Below are positions 45,611 through 58,121 of a stretch of DNA of 64,000 nt, piece by piece. A program made the translations under genes and the position numbers. The DNA comes from Podarcis tiliguerta. Lineage: Eukaryota. Position 1 is the first letter of the stretch. Each line of letters starts with the position of its first letter. The stretch is taken from assembly GCA_965153285.1 (NCBI GenBank), contig OZ229121.1; one strand, written 5' to 3'. Under the pieces are notes generated by a model. The model did not search any database. It was not told the origin of the DNA and saw only the letters and a list, made by a program, of their open reading frames with translations.

Positions 45611-48600
45611 CTGGAAGGAATTTTCAAAATTAATTTACTGAAAAGTATTCCCTTGATGGTGCATTGCTATGCCAGTGGTGTAGCTGGGATGAGAACAAAC
45701 AAAACAAGCCACTCCTGTACAAAATGTTGTTGCCCAGGTCAGTATTTTGAAAAATTCTATGGCATGTGCAAGAACTTATTGCCAGAGAAAAACTGGTAAG
45801 TGTGACTGTGTATAAAATGATCTATTTGATTCTTAGAAAGACTTGTGCTTCTCACCCATCAACAAACTACTCTGCAAATACTTTCCATAGGCTAAACCAT
45901 GAAGGAGAAAATTTTTATTTGGTGTTGTTGTTCTGTAACCTTTTTTTTAAAAAAAAGCGATCCCATATGATGCAGTGGTCAGAGTGTCAGATTAGGACAA
46001 GGGGTGGAGGAGGGATTCATTTTGGTAATGCACACTTCTCAAAACAATGCATGAACCAAAGGCACACAATTTTGTGGGGGCACGAACCAGGCGCCCGCAT
46101 GCAGGGATCCCCATCCCACCCTGCACGCTGCCAGGAGTCTCTGGGCCCTGGAGACTGGCCTGGCCTCGCCACCAGATCCCAGGCCCCCTTGCTGAATGGC
46201 CTTCCAGTCAGTGTCAAAGGGATTCACCCATCAAGGGCCATGTTGGCCAACCGGGCTCCCCCTAGCATAGGTGGGCAGGTGGCATTGTGAAGCTCCAGTA
46301 TCAAGGGCTGGGCCATGCAGCAGGCTCTGTGAACCCTCTGCGCTCTGCCCCCACCCAGCATGCCCACCTGGAAGCATTGCTGGCACGGCAGGTTCTGTTC
46401 ACCCTCTGCACTGTGCCCCTGCCCCCACACAGTGCACACATACACGTACACCCCAGGTGCCAACAAATACCACAATGCCACCAGAAAGTGGACCTCAGCT
46501 GCCAAGGTCAAGAAGAGAGTGTTGCCCACACCACAATGTATCCCTAATATGTTGTACCTTTATGCATTTTAAATGCAAGCTGCCATGGGATCCAATATTG
46601 GCTTTAGAGCAGGGTATAATTTATACATAGATAAAAGAAAATGAAATCAGTACTCTTGCAGGAATCTCCTTCCAAGGTAACACTGGTTTCTCCTCAGATC
46701 ATATAACTGGGCAATCTGTATTGTCAATGTTCCTTATGAACATTGAAAATGGTGAGAGCGTTGGAGATTGTAAAATAAACAGACACTGTTTTTAAGGTCT
46801 GGGCCAAGCAACTTACTTGTAAAGGAAAAAAGAGGCGACGGCAACAAACGCCACCAAGAAACCGCAGGCGAGCAGAACTCCTTCTGCTGTCCTTGAAAAT
46901 GACGCTGCAGCTTGAATGACAAAGTTAAAGGCCATAATGTTAGTTCACGCTCCTTAACTTGGAGGTCAGTACTCTTATAGCAGCCTTGGCTAACCTAGTG
47001 CCATGCAGATATTTTGGGCTACAACTACCATCAGCTTATCCAGCATGATGGTGCTGGCAGGGGCTGAGGGGATTTGTAGTTCAAAACATCTGGAAGGCAA
47101 AACCTTGACAAAGACTGCCTTACAGCATAAAATATCTACGCAGTCTACATGTGCCTGATGCTACCACTGACACTGGACATCATTACAGATGATGGGAACT
47201 GCTCCATTTGTTGGAATGGAGAAATGATGCCTGTCTTGTTCCAGAGCTGCCCAAATAATTTTGTGCACCCCTCCAAGTCACAGTACCTTAGTTCAGCCAA
47301 GTTGTAGGGAGCAGGTGGCGCTGTGGTCTAAACCACCGAGCCTCTTGGGCTTGCCGATCAGAAAGTCAGCAGTTCGAATCTGCGCAACGGGTGAGTTCCC
47401 GTTGCTCTGCCCCAGCTCCTGCCAACCTAGCAGTTCAAAAGCATACCAACGCGAGTAGATAAATAGGTACCGCTGCATCGGGAACGTAAACGGCATTTCC
47501 CTGTGCTCTGGCACTTGTCACGGTGTCCCGTGGCACCAGAAGCAGTTTCGTCATGCTGGCCACATGACCTGGAAAGCTGTCTGTGGACAAACGCCGGCTC
47601 CCTCAGCCTGAAGTGACATGAGCGCCACACCCCATAGTTGCCTTTGACTGGACTTAACTGTCCAGAGCTCCTTATTTTGGCCACTGAGGCTGAAGATCGC
47701 ACAAGCACCTCTCTCTCCTTGGTTATATATTGACAATAATAATACATTAAATAACAAAGCATTTCCTGATCTTTCAGGCATCCACAGTTAGTTGCCTGAG
47801 GGGGCCACCTGACTAATGTTAGGGCCGGCCCTGCATGTGACACCAATCCTGCACTCTTGTCAATGCAACTGCACAGTCCTAATCTTGCTACCGCATGCCT
47901 CCATCCTGTCCTGACAACCAGCAGCTATAGGAGTGTTGGGAGACAGCTCCGCCACGCTTCATGAGCCACAAGGTGCTGACTGCAAATGAATGCAGATGTT
48001 CAGTCAGGACTCACCTCCATTGATGGATATCAAAGTACTTGTGAGAGCCAGGCTCGCTGCGTCACCCAGTGTAATGTTCACACAATAGGTTCCGGATTCG
48101 TTAAAGGTCCGTCTTATGGTCAGCAGGCACTCATCTATGTCAACAGGGTCACATGCCTCGCTCTGTAACACCTGGCAGGTGGGGTCAGCAATTATTGTGC
48201 AGGCATCTGTAGGAAGACTAGGGCGCGGAAAGAAAGAAAGATGGATGGATGAAATTATGGCCTTTCATCAGTTTTCATTTCGCAGACGTTTATCACATTT
48301 CTGTTCTGCTTTTCTGTGAAAGCTATGTTCAGATGGATTTATCTTAAAATATATATTTAAAACCAACACAACACAATAAAAAGCAGTAAAGTACAAAAAT
48401 CAGGAACCAAATGAAAGCACCACCCAAAGGCTATCAAAACTCAGGAGTAAAAACCAGCGGCATTATTCGCCAAAGGCTAACAGAAAATAAAGGTCTTCTG
48501 TAATATGTAACAATTCACAAACCTTGGTGAACCAGCCTTTTTATAAATCCTGATGCAAGGTTTTTATGTGAGCAGGGACACTGTTAGTTGTTTTAAGAAC

Positions 48601-51600
48601 TTGGAGCATGGGCTCCTGAAACAAATCTGTATAAAATTTGTACATACTAATTTATCCCTATATATGCCTCTGGGAGACTAAGATGGTGAGTGGGTCTCAC
48701 CAACACTGCCCTATAAGCACAGAGGGAAAGAGGCCAGAGATCTGGGGACTATCACAAAAGACCCGGAACTTCTGCTCCGTGGACCATCCTCAGCAATACC
48801 ACTTTATCATCAAGAAGCTCCGTGAGCTAAGATGAGTGCTGCTGCAACGGAACAACTTAAATGTCTGTAGTACTCCATGGTCTAAGTTTTACAAGAAGAA
48901 AATTATCAGAATTAATGAAAGCACTTACCTCCCTTGACAGGTTACCACAAAATCAACCATGGAGTTTTCAACCTGAGTAGTTGCTACCTGGACACTTGTC
49001 ATTTGGATAATATTGACCCCAAGGATCCCCTCTGGCCGAAGAAACAAATTGGCAAAATGTCAGAATTTTTTGAGACAAGAACTTTGACAGCAAAAATAAA
49101 AAAAAATAAAAAACCCCATTTGGAAATGTAGAGAATGAATTGTTTTAGAATGATCTTAATTGGATCCGAAGGCTGCTTGCAAATGGAGCTCACCTAAATT
49201 TTGTCATAGTGGATACACAATTCAAAAGAGTGTGGAAATGCATTGCAACTTATTTCGTTTTGACCATTGTATTAGATTCCTGCTGTTCTTGAAATTAACA
49301 TTTTCAAAGCACCTCAATTCTCCAGACACTTTGGGATGGTCCGCACCAGAGTTTACTGTGTGTTTGCAACTGTTTGTGTTCCCATTTTATTTGCATATTC
49401 CACATGGTACTACCCTCACAACACCAGTCTAGATGTTTTCCCCTTGTGAATTCAGGCTTACCATACAAGGATAATCCAATAAACTGTGGGAAATTGGGCT
49501 GCAAGGGCTCCACTTGGGGTCACAGACTATTTGTTCCAGTGTTTTGGAGTGGGCAGATCTATCATCAGTTTCTGCCGCTCCCCTTCGCACACCCACTAGT
49601 TCCTCCGTACATTAATTTCTTCCCCAGCTATGCTTGTAACTATTTCCAGAGTCCTCCTGAACTATATTTCCCCACCTGCAATCCCTTTGATTTGCAGAAA
49701 ACCAGAAATCTGCACAGGCAAACCACATTAGAATTTTCTACGCTAGATATTGCAAAGTAAGTTATTCTGAAAAGTGGGTGCTGAGAATTTACAACTGCTT
49801 TAATATATTTCCTGGCTGATCTCTTCCACAGGATTTTCATAGCCATCTGTTTGGAATGGTAGCTTAAGCTTGCAGCCTTAAGCACTCCTAAATTAGATGC
49901 AAGTCCTGTTGGAACCAATGGCCTGTCAACAATATCATTGGAAGAAGGACTTCTTAGCCTGAGAAAACTACACCGCCAGAGAGGTGATGAGGAACAGCTG
50001 CATCAACGTCACAAAATGAAATAATAGCATTGCAGAGATGTTGGAGCAGCGGGTGTGTATAGGGGACACCCAAGAAAGGTGGGGAGACTTCACAGACCAT
50101 CTCCTAACCAAGAAAAAACATTTACAGGTGAGTATGTTAAACCACAGAGCCTAAGACTTGCCGATCAGAAGGTCAGCAGTTCGAATCCCCGCGACAGGGT
50201 GAGCTCCCATTGCTCGGTCCCAGCTCCTGCCAACCTAGCAGTTCGAAAGCACGTCAAAGTGCAAGTAGATAAATAGGTACCACTCTGGCGGGAAGGTAAA
50301 CAGTGTTTCCGTGCGCTGCTCTGGTTCACCAGAAGTGGCTTAGTCATGCTGGCCACATGACCCAGAAGCTGTACACCAGCTCCCTCGGCCAATAAAGCGA
50401 GATGACCGCTGCAACCCTAGAGTCAGTCACGACTGGACCTAATGGTCAGGGGTCCCTTTACCTTTTTATGTTTAGTAAAAGGTCAAAAGACATTACTTCA
50501 TTGAGTTGGATTCAAAGATTCCCCCCTGTGAGTGGGATTTGTTGTTGGGCAGAAGGAATCTCTTCCTCAGGCCCTCCTGTTAGAAGAGGCCTCCTTCAAT
50601 TCACAGAAGGGAATTTTTGGATCCAACCCACAATGTCTGCTGCATGCAACCTGACCATAGCTATCAACATTTCCCCCTTTTTAAGGGAAATTCCCTTATT
50701 CCGAATAGGATTCCTTGCAAGCAAAGGGAAAAGTTGACAGCTATGAACCGGCGTGCAAAAATAAGATCTTGTCAACAGTAGAGACTGGTCCATTAGGACA
50801 AAGGGGGCACTGCCCCACCAACCTCAGTCTGCCTTCAGCCAGACCTCACCTCCCTGGCTGTCCTGGCTGACACCTTCCTCCTCCTTAGTCTTAGTGTTGC
50901 TTTTGTATAACTCAGCAGGGAGGAGGATGGGGATAAAACCAGAATGGGTTGATTCTGCCTGTCCTTGGCTCTGGCTCCATCTACAGTTGGCCTCCTGGGC
51001 TTCTGCCCCGCCAGCTGCCACTAGTTGCCAGCTATTGATATTCTTTATTGGTACTCTTCTGAAATTTGTCTCTTGAGCAAAACGAAACAGCAGTCAGCCA
51101 GCAAGAGCAGCTTCAGAAAAGCCACTTTAATGACATGCACAAGTTCAAACGAATTCCCTTTATTACCTATCAAACCACATTATTTCCTTACAGATGTAGA
51201 TGCATACCTGCAATGAAGAGAGATGCTTTATAAGGTCCAGATCGAGCAATATGGCATCCTTCGACAGGAGACTGTCCTGTTGGCACCTCTGTTAAACTAT
51301 AGAAGCTGGGAGTTACATTCGAAGGCAGTGGGGTAGTTACTGAAACAATGGAAAGGGAAATGAGTTAATGTATTTGCACTTTTAGCAAAACATTTTGAGC
51401 ATAACAAGCAGAATTTATCTGGAACACCTGCAAGTCTTGCACTCTTGCTTAGCTCCCATAAATTCCAATCGGATGTGTTATGGCCAGATATCAACTGGAT
51501 TTGGGTATTTCACACAACTAAGCAAAGGCAAGTAAAACACTTATTACACCTAGCTTTTTTGGCCTTGGGAGTTGGATGACCGACAGAGTTTTTTTGTATA

Positions 51601-54600
51601 TACCGTTTACTGAACAGAAAGAGTATGCCTTATCTAGAAGGTTTGTATGTATAACATAATCTCTATGGCGACGCTGATTTAATTATGCATTTATTATTCT
51701 ATTTCTTGTGTACATTGCTTGATGTTGTGTAACCCACCTTGTGAGCTTATGTGATGGGCAGAATATACATTTTTAATAAATAACTAAATATTTGTCCTCT
51801 TGTCCTTTGCTTTTATGAATCCATTCTTTTACATATCTTATTACACCTTCTATTTATAATTCCTCCCCCAATATCTCTCTTGGTCCAGCTCGCCATACTT
51901 TAAAAAATCCTGAAAGTCTTACTTCTTCACATGTTTCCCCAGCTTTATTTCTTGCTGGTCCCTAGTTTTGCGTACACCCTCTCTTCCTCTTCTTTCTTCA
52001 CTTCCATCTAGCCCCTGTAAACTTACAAGTCTGTAAACTTACAAGCAGAGAGCCAACGTGTTTAGAGTGTTGGTCTAGGACTAGGGAGACCCAGGTTCCA
52101 ATCCCCACTAAGCCACAGAGTTCACTGGCTGATCTTGGGACATTTACTCTCACTCTCAGACTAATCTAGCTCAAGGGTTTCTTGTGTGGATAAAAAGCAC
52201 CATGTGCACTGCCTTGAGCTCCTGGGAGGAAAGGTAGAAATTAATGCAGCAAAAGCAATACCATCATCATTATTTTATTTTATATTATTTTACTTTATTT
52301 TTGTAGCTCTGGTGCTGCATAATGTAGGGAGAGTGAAAGAAGCCACTTCAGTATTCTTACTACTATATATTAAAAGCATTTGTCCTAGGACACTGAAATG
52401 CTAATGGCCTACTTCAACTATTCCCTTCCAGCACTCCTGTAAGAAAGGGAATAGAAGTCAAACACCGTAAGTATGCCACAATTCTTTGTTAATCAGTATG
52501 CTCATTATTATCATGAAAGATTGTCTGGTCAACTATTCCATATAATGAACCCATTTGTTTTCTTTCAACATAGCCTGGAGCCATGGCCTCTTACCTGGTG
52601 GAAGAGGTGTTGGTGGAAGAGGTGTTGGTGGTCTACAAGGGGCAGGTATAAGAGCGTGGACAGACAAGTCAAGGCTGAAATTTCCCAGAAGTTTATATGT
52701 GTGCATCTGAACAGAACTGTTGGAAACAAATAAGCCGCTGCCATCTCCAAAATTCCAGCGGTAGGAAATAGCAGAGCGGTTCAGGTAGTGGCTAGGATCG
52801 TGAATCTGGACATCAAATGTAATAGGGATATCCTTGATGAAAATGTAGTCTGAGGCGTTGCGATCATTCTTCTGAGTCATGTTCACATAGAAAGGGATTT
52901 TATCTGCATAGAAAATGAAGTCAAGCAAAAGGATGAGATTGTGGTTGGACTCAAATAGGTAATCCCTGGGAACTGAAAAACCATAGAGGTAACAAAATTC
53001 GACGAAGCTCTCATATTTAGGAGAGGTCTTCACACAAACCAATGTTTGTTGTGGTATACAAAGTTCACTTGCACACAATATAATTAAAACACTCTTGTAC
53101 TATGTTATTTAAACCATTCAGGTTTGCTTAGTTATTATTTATTTAACCTACCCACTTACCTGTTACGACATAAACAACATTTGCTGTGGCTACTGGTTGA
53201 AACGATCGATAATTTCGCCTATAAACTGATAATTCCATAATTTGATTGCCAAGTGTGATATTTGTTGTGTTGATGGACACCATAGCTGAAGAACCTCCCG
53301 TCGTTTGGTAATACTGGCCTGTGAAAAAGGGGAAATATGAAAAAAAGGATTATCACTGTGGAACTGGTCAGGCTTGCAATTTTTTTCCTTTTGAACATAG
53401 GCACCCATTTCACTCGAGTAGGTAAACACACTTATCCTTTCCCACAAGTTAGTAAATAAATCAATAAAACTTTCTGAAAACAGTTCTAAAAAGGGATTGC
53501 ATTTGTTCCAATCATTATTACACAGAGGTCAGGGAAATGTATGTGGTGGTTTTGCCATTTTACCTCCACAGCTCTTTGGGATGAGATAGGGGAGAGATGA
53601 TTAAACCAAGGTCACTCATTTAAGTTCATGACGGAGGGAGCATGAATTTGGCACAGGTTCCCTCCATCCAACATCAACGTTCTATCCACTTGCACTTAAA
53701 AGCCCAAGACAGTCTCACAGTGACTGTACAAACCTGAATAAACCAATACTGGCACTGACTACCAAGAGGTGCAGAATGGATGCTCCACCACTGAATTAGG
53801 ATCCCTCCCCATTGTTTTCTGTTGCACAATCACTGCTCATATCATGGAAGGCATAAGAGGACATACCAGGGGGAGCTAGAAAATAACTTTATTATCTCTC
53901 ACCAACAAGATCGAAACAGACGAGAAACAACCCTATTCTTATTCTTATTATTTAATAGGCAGATCACCTTACAAAATATAAACATCTTCCCAAGGCAGCA
54001 TATACAATATGAAGGACACGTTTTAAACCTAAACATCAAAAGTTAAAAGAAAACAAAACAGAAAGAGCATTTCAAGCCAGCGATCCCACCTTAAATATGA
54101 AACTCCTATGGCCATTAAAATGCACAGTATCAAAACACTTCCTAATTACAAACACATATCATAATTGTATATATCCTGCTTTTCCAGAGTTGTTTAAATG
54201 CCTGCCATATTGAGCCGTTCTCCTATAAACTATAAATCCACTCAGGATAGACTGTATTTGAAAAAAGGTCTCTGACTTCCGAAATTCAGAAAAGTCAACA
54301 AAACAGCTTCTGTAGTCTGAACTGACTGTCCTCTCACATGAGGATCACATTATCTCATATAAGTCTTTCTTTATATGTAAAGAAGTTTATAAAGCATCTT
54401 AAGTGTCTTTTTTAAAAGCTAAATAATTATTGTTATGATTTTATTAGTAGCAACAAGTATTAATATTAGAAGTAACAAATACTCTTAGTAGCATCAAGTA
54501 CTACTAATTATTAGTAATAACACGGTAAGCTAAAGGTGCATTTTTAGGACTGACCGAGAGTGTGAAACACATAGATGAAGTTTCTCCTTCTCCAGTCTTT

Positions 54601-57471
54601 GTGGCGAGGGAAAGGTCTGCCATCTGGAAACACATTGTGACTACTGTTATGAGAGCAATTCTGCCCGTCACAATCGTCAATCCACTGAGTCCAGTTGTAA
54701 ACATACAGGTCGGGAAGATTTGCATAATCAGAAGAACCTTGAAGCAAAGGAAAGGAAAAATGAAAACAAGGCAACCTTTTCAGGAAAGTCAGTAAAGACT
54801 GAGGTGGAATCTAGACACATATAAAAACCGCTTTGAAAATGCTTTTTTTAAAAGCGTTTTTAAAAATACATTGAATTTTCCATAAGGCTCACCACCGCCA
54901 CCTAGTGTCACATTGTATATTGCACTTAAAACACACTCAAAATGTTTTATCTGCTGCTGTGTAGCTGAACACAGCAGGCGTTATTTCTGAGTAAACATGC
55001 GTAGGACAGCACTGCACTTGTCTATGGACTAAAACAGCGACCTGGCATTTATATGAACTTGGATTTGTGGCTTGCAATGCCACAAAACTCCCATCAAACT
55101 TTTGTAAAGTAAATACAGTACTTCAAGGAAGCATCAGAATTATAACCAAGGAAATCTCATCTGTTATGAGCGGTGCGTCCCACAAGTCACTCCCAGCAAA
55201 CATATCAGGTCAGCTATCCCACGTATCATGTAAGAAATTGAAAAAGGTGGAGAAGTAAAGAACTTTCCTGGTACATCAGGAATATGTCTGCCTATCACCA
55301 GGGTCTCCCATCCCACTGGAGTCAAAGCACAATGTCCGTAAATCTCAATGAGCCCCATAAGGACCACCACCAAGCCACAGAGGCTCTGTCGCTTTGCTTT
55401 TTTTGTACAGAATAGAATTTTTGAAAGTGTACAGATACAAGACGCAGGGCAAAGCCTGAGAACCATTCACACTCCTAGCATACGCAGGTACTTTCATTAC
55501 TTGCCGTTGATGCAGTGTCGATCGTATATTATATTGCTGTCATTATCTTCTTTTTGACATCTGGGAAACTTGAGGATCACATTAAAAGACACATTGGATC
55601 CCACCAGAGCTGGACTGTCACTGGTCAGACTGGCCACAACCCTTCCCCCTGAGGAAGTCAAGATGCATTTGTTTATCGCTTCTGGTTATATCTCGCGTTT
55701 CATATAGGATTTCAAAGCAGCATGCAATGTTTTCTCCCTGCACCCCCTCTCCATTTTATCCTCATAGGCAACCCTGTACATTATGCAGGATATTTCCAAA
55801 ACATTTCTTATTCATTGGTGATCTTCAAAACTACACTGTAACATGGAACAGACTCCCCCCCTTCTTCAGAATGTTATTTAATTGCATTAATTTATATTCA
55901 AATAAAGCAGCATAATGTCACAGGTTTAGAATTCAGTTGCACTGCAGTTTGTTTTGTTATGTTAATTGCCAGCCTCCAGTTATCTGTTATCTGCATGTAG
56001 GTGTCTTGCATTTATTGCGTCTTTTGCAATAATCAATTTTGCAGGTGTTAGTCTGAAACTATTGAGCAATATGATTTCAATATGCTCAGATAACTATTTT
56101 CCTAATAGCATTATTTAAAGACCTAAGGAACACTTACATCTCGTTATTCTCTTAATACCTCCAATGTCTCTGAATGGATTCAAAATGTTTGAATAATAGA
56201 ACATGACCACCACATATAGATGCAGTCTGCTAATAATAACTGCAAACACAACATGTATATGTGAATGTATTGTTTTTATATTTTGCATGGCATCAAATTG
56301 TTGGGTTTTCTTAATATTGATGTGGTCGATGGTGCTACTCAGAGGTGTGTTTGTAATTATAACCTGCATGGGAGCACATCTGTGAGCTCTTGACAATTCA
56401 GCACACCTGTGGTATCTTAACAATTTAGCTAATTAGCAGGGGAAGTTTACCTGCTGCACCGAATGCAGCGATGTGGTAGGGTAATTGATTATTTGAAAAC
56501 TGTATGTAAGTTGATCAAGTGGTGTAGTGTCTACTTTTATAGGAATACTGTTATGGAATGCTGTTGAGAAGGGGTGTTTTGCAGTTGTTTGATTATTGAA
56601 AAATAAAGTAAGCAAATATATTGCGGGCAAGTTTTTATTCCATCACCCCATGTCGCTGTGCAAACTCGGTTGGCGAAGAAGGTCCAACACAAATACCAGC
56701 AGTATAACAACTTATACTTTTATTTCAAATGAGAGTGGTAGAGTTTGCTCAGTCCCTCCCACAAAATTCAGTCTGATTCATTAATTGTCAGAGGTCTTTT
56801 TCATTTGTGCTCCCCTGTTCTAAAGTCGCTCCCTGGACAGATCTGTCAGCACTCAAGTCTGGCTCCTTTCAGAAATCAAGGTTGTAGCTTCATAAGGTGC
56901 TGAGAGTTGTTAGGAGATCCCAATTTCCCTCACAAAGCTACGATTCTCAGAGTTCCCTGTGAAGAGGCCTAGATTGTTAACCCACTGGGAATTCTAAAAA
57001 ATATTCAGAAAATTAAAGAAAGCAATTGCATATGGCACCAAAAATGGATGGGGAAACACCACTATTAAGCTAAGAGACCAAATAATTCAGAAATGACAAT
57101 AAATAATATTTTCACAAATACAAACAGGTTTTAAAGCCGAAAAGTTCTGAGGCGGCGTCCTATATTCCTAAGTGTTGGCATAAAAATAAGAGCCATTTTA
57201 AATGTTAAATGCAGAACAAAAATACCGTTCTGACCTTGTTCCTATTTGCAATGTGTCATCAACATTATTACATACTGACCCTGCATCTCATTGAGCCAAC
57301 TGATCTTTCATGTTTTACCTTTCCAGCAGTCTTTCCATCTGGGATCTCCTTCTTCCCAATATGGGTAAAGCTTGTCATTCCAGTTGTTGTGATCGGAGGA
57401 CCAGCTCCTTAGCCCCCTATGGAACTTGGCGTGAGAAGGTGCCCTTCCTCGACTCATCACATCTCGAAATT
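45457..57471 (-). CDS. GPNMB: GPNMB (osteoactivin; PMEL family), exons 2-11; exon 1 not identified in the window
   Basis: Exons 57471-57319, 55648-55505, 54737-54555, 53318-53160, 52903-52595, 51339-51208, 49031-48929, 48217-48015, 46910-46817 and 45610-45457 join in frame. Motifs: SDSPALVGSN, VFPDGRPFP, PKD domain (HDPSHYL..WNFGDG), kringle-like GTYCVNITLGD, TM helix, cytoplasmic YKPI and EKHPLL. Confidence 0.94.
46817..46910 (-). CDS. GPNMB: GPNMB exon 10 (transmembrane)
   Basis: SFSRTAEGVLLACGFLVAFVAVASFFLYK; donor acaa|gtaagt; exon start either 46910 (aag) or 46904 (cag). Confidence 0.85.
47307..47670 (+). mobile_element. Sauria SINE (more diverged)
   Basis: GGTGGCGCTGTGG...GTTCGAATC...GTAGATAAATAGGTACC...CATGCTGGCCACATGACC. 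Confidence 0.85.
48015..48217 (-). CDS. GPNMB: GPNMB exon 9 (kringle-like domain)
   Basis: LPTDACTIIADPTCQ...CLLTIRRTFNESGTYCVNITLGDAASLALTSTLISING. Confidence 0.93.
48929..49031 (-). CDS. GPNMB: GPNMB exon 8
   Basis: GILGVNIIQMTSVQVATTQVENSMVDFVVTCQG; 103 nt. Confidence 0.92.
50136..50466 (+). mobile_element. Sauria SINE, slightly 5'-truncated
   Basis: Close match to the 41.7-kb copy; ends GTCCCTTTACCTTT. Confidence 0.88.
50656..50745. mobile_element. Short MITE
   Basis: TIRs CATAGCTATCAAC ... GTTGACAGCTATG. Confidence 0.65.
51208..51339 (-). CDS. GPNMB: GPNMB exon 7
   Basis: TTPLPSNVTPSFYSLTEVPTGQSPVEGCHIARSGPYKASLFIA; phase 1/1, 132 nt, good acceptor and donor. Confidence 0.85.
52050..52245 (+). 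mobile_element. MIR-like tRNA-derived SINE
   Basis: AGAGTGTTGGTCTAGGACTAGGGAGACCCAGGTTCCAATCCCCACT... Confidence 0.6.
52595..52903 (-). CDS. GPNMB: GPNMB exon 6 (PKD domain plus Pro-rich start)
   Basis: KIPFYVNMTQKNDRN...HDPSHYLN..ISYRWNFGDGSG...PPTPLPPTPLPP. Confidence 0.93.
53160..53318 (-). CDS. GPNMB: GPNMB exon 5
   Basis: QYYQTTGGSSAMVSINTTNITLGNQIMELSVYRRNYRSFQPVATANVVYVVT; 159 nt. Confidence 0.92.
54555..54737 (-). CDS. GPNMB: GPNMB exon 4
   Basis: SSDYANLPDLYVYNWTQW...VFPDGRPFPRHKDWRRRNFIYVFHTL. Confidence 0.9.
55505..55648 (-). CDS. GPNMB: GPNMB exon 3 (GC donor)
   Basis: GRVVASLTSDSPALVGSNVSFNVILKFPRCQKEDNDSNIIYDRHCIN; 144 nt; ends AACG|GCAAGT. Confidence 0.88.
57319..57471 (-). 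CDS. GPNMB: GPNMB exon 2
   Basis: FRDVMSRGRAPSHAKFHRGLRSWSSDHNNWNDKLYPYWEEGDPRWKDCWK; 153 nt. Confidence 0.92.
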
Positions 57472-57698
57472 CTAAAACGAAGGGTTAACAAGGGAGAAAG
57501 TGTTAGCACAGTCCCTTTGACTTATTTGGCATACACTGAACTGCCAAGGCAAACCCCATAACAAAACATTGCAAAGAAAGCACATGTCTGAGCTATAACT
57601 CTCTGAGATTTTTCCTTTGCCTGTGGGACTTTTGTAAATGCAGAGGGGAATGAATGAACATTCTATAATGCTCATCTTTGCTTTCTCAAGAACATTCT

Positions 57699-57939
57699 TG
57701 TTATGTACTGATGTTCTCCCCCTGGGCCAACAGGGGGATACTGTAGATAGTTTTCACTCAGGTCCACGTCAGTTACTTTAGGCGGGAAACCCTGGGTTGT
57801 TGTTGATACAATGTTGACAGCCGGCTCCTATAAAAGCAGGCCGGCTGAGCTGTTTGCTGTTCAGTTCTGTCCAGCTACAATAAAGAGCTGCTCTGGAGAA
57901 ATCACTGTGTCATCTACTATGTTCGCCCACAACTTAACA
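57699..57939 (+). repeat. 5' LTR
   Basis: TGTTA...TAACA; TATAAAA 57829-57835; AATAAA 57879-57884. Confidence 0.97.
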
Positions 57940-57940
57940 C

Positions 57941-57958
57941 TGGCGACGAGGATGGGAT
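57941..57958 (+). other. Primer-binding site, tRNA-Ser(GCT)
   Basis: TGGCGACGAGGATGGGAT is the reverse complement of the vertebrate tRNA-Ser(GCT) 3' end as I recall it (ATCCCATCCTCGTCG-CCA). Confidence 0.85.
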
Positions 57959-58121
57959 CGATGGACATCAGAGCACAGCCAGATGCAGCCACCCTCTGAG
58001 CAGAGCTGAATCACTGAGCTGAATCACTGAGCGAAATCACTGAACAGAACCAATTCAGAGCTGACTGTTCTGGCTAGAGCTCGGTGTTCCATCCATCGCC
58101 CTTCACGCCGGCATCGGAACC

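Noticed and set aside
45766-46630. Cluster of 60-174 aa ORFs in the last GPNMB intron
   Set aside because: GC-rich, probably repeat-derived sequence; no coherent protein or splice structure.
49462-49675. Exon-like segment (cag|...|gtaagc) on the minus strand in GPNMB intron 7
   Set aside because: Stops in all three frames, no polypyrimidine tract, and GPNMB is complete without it.
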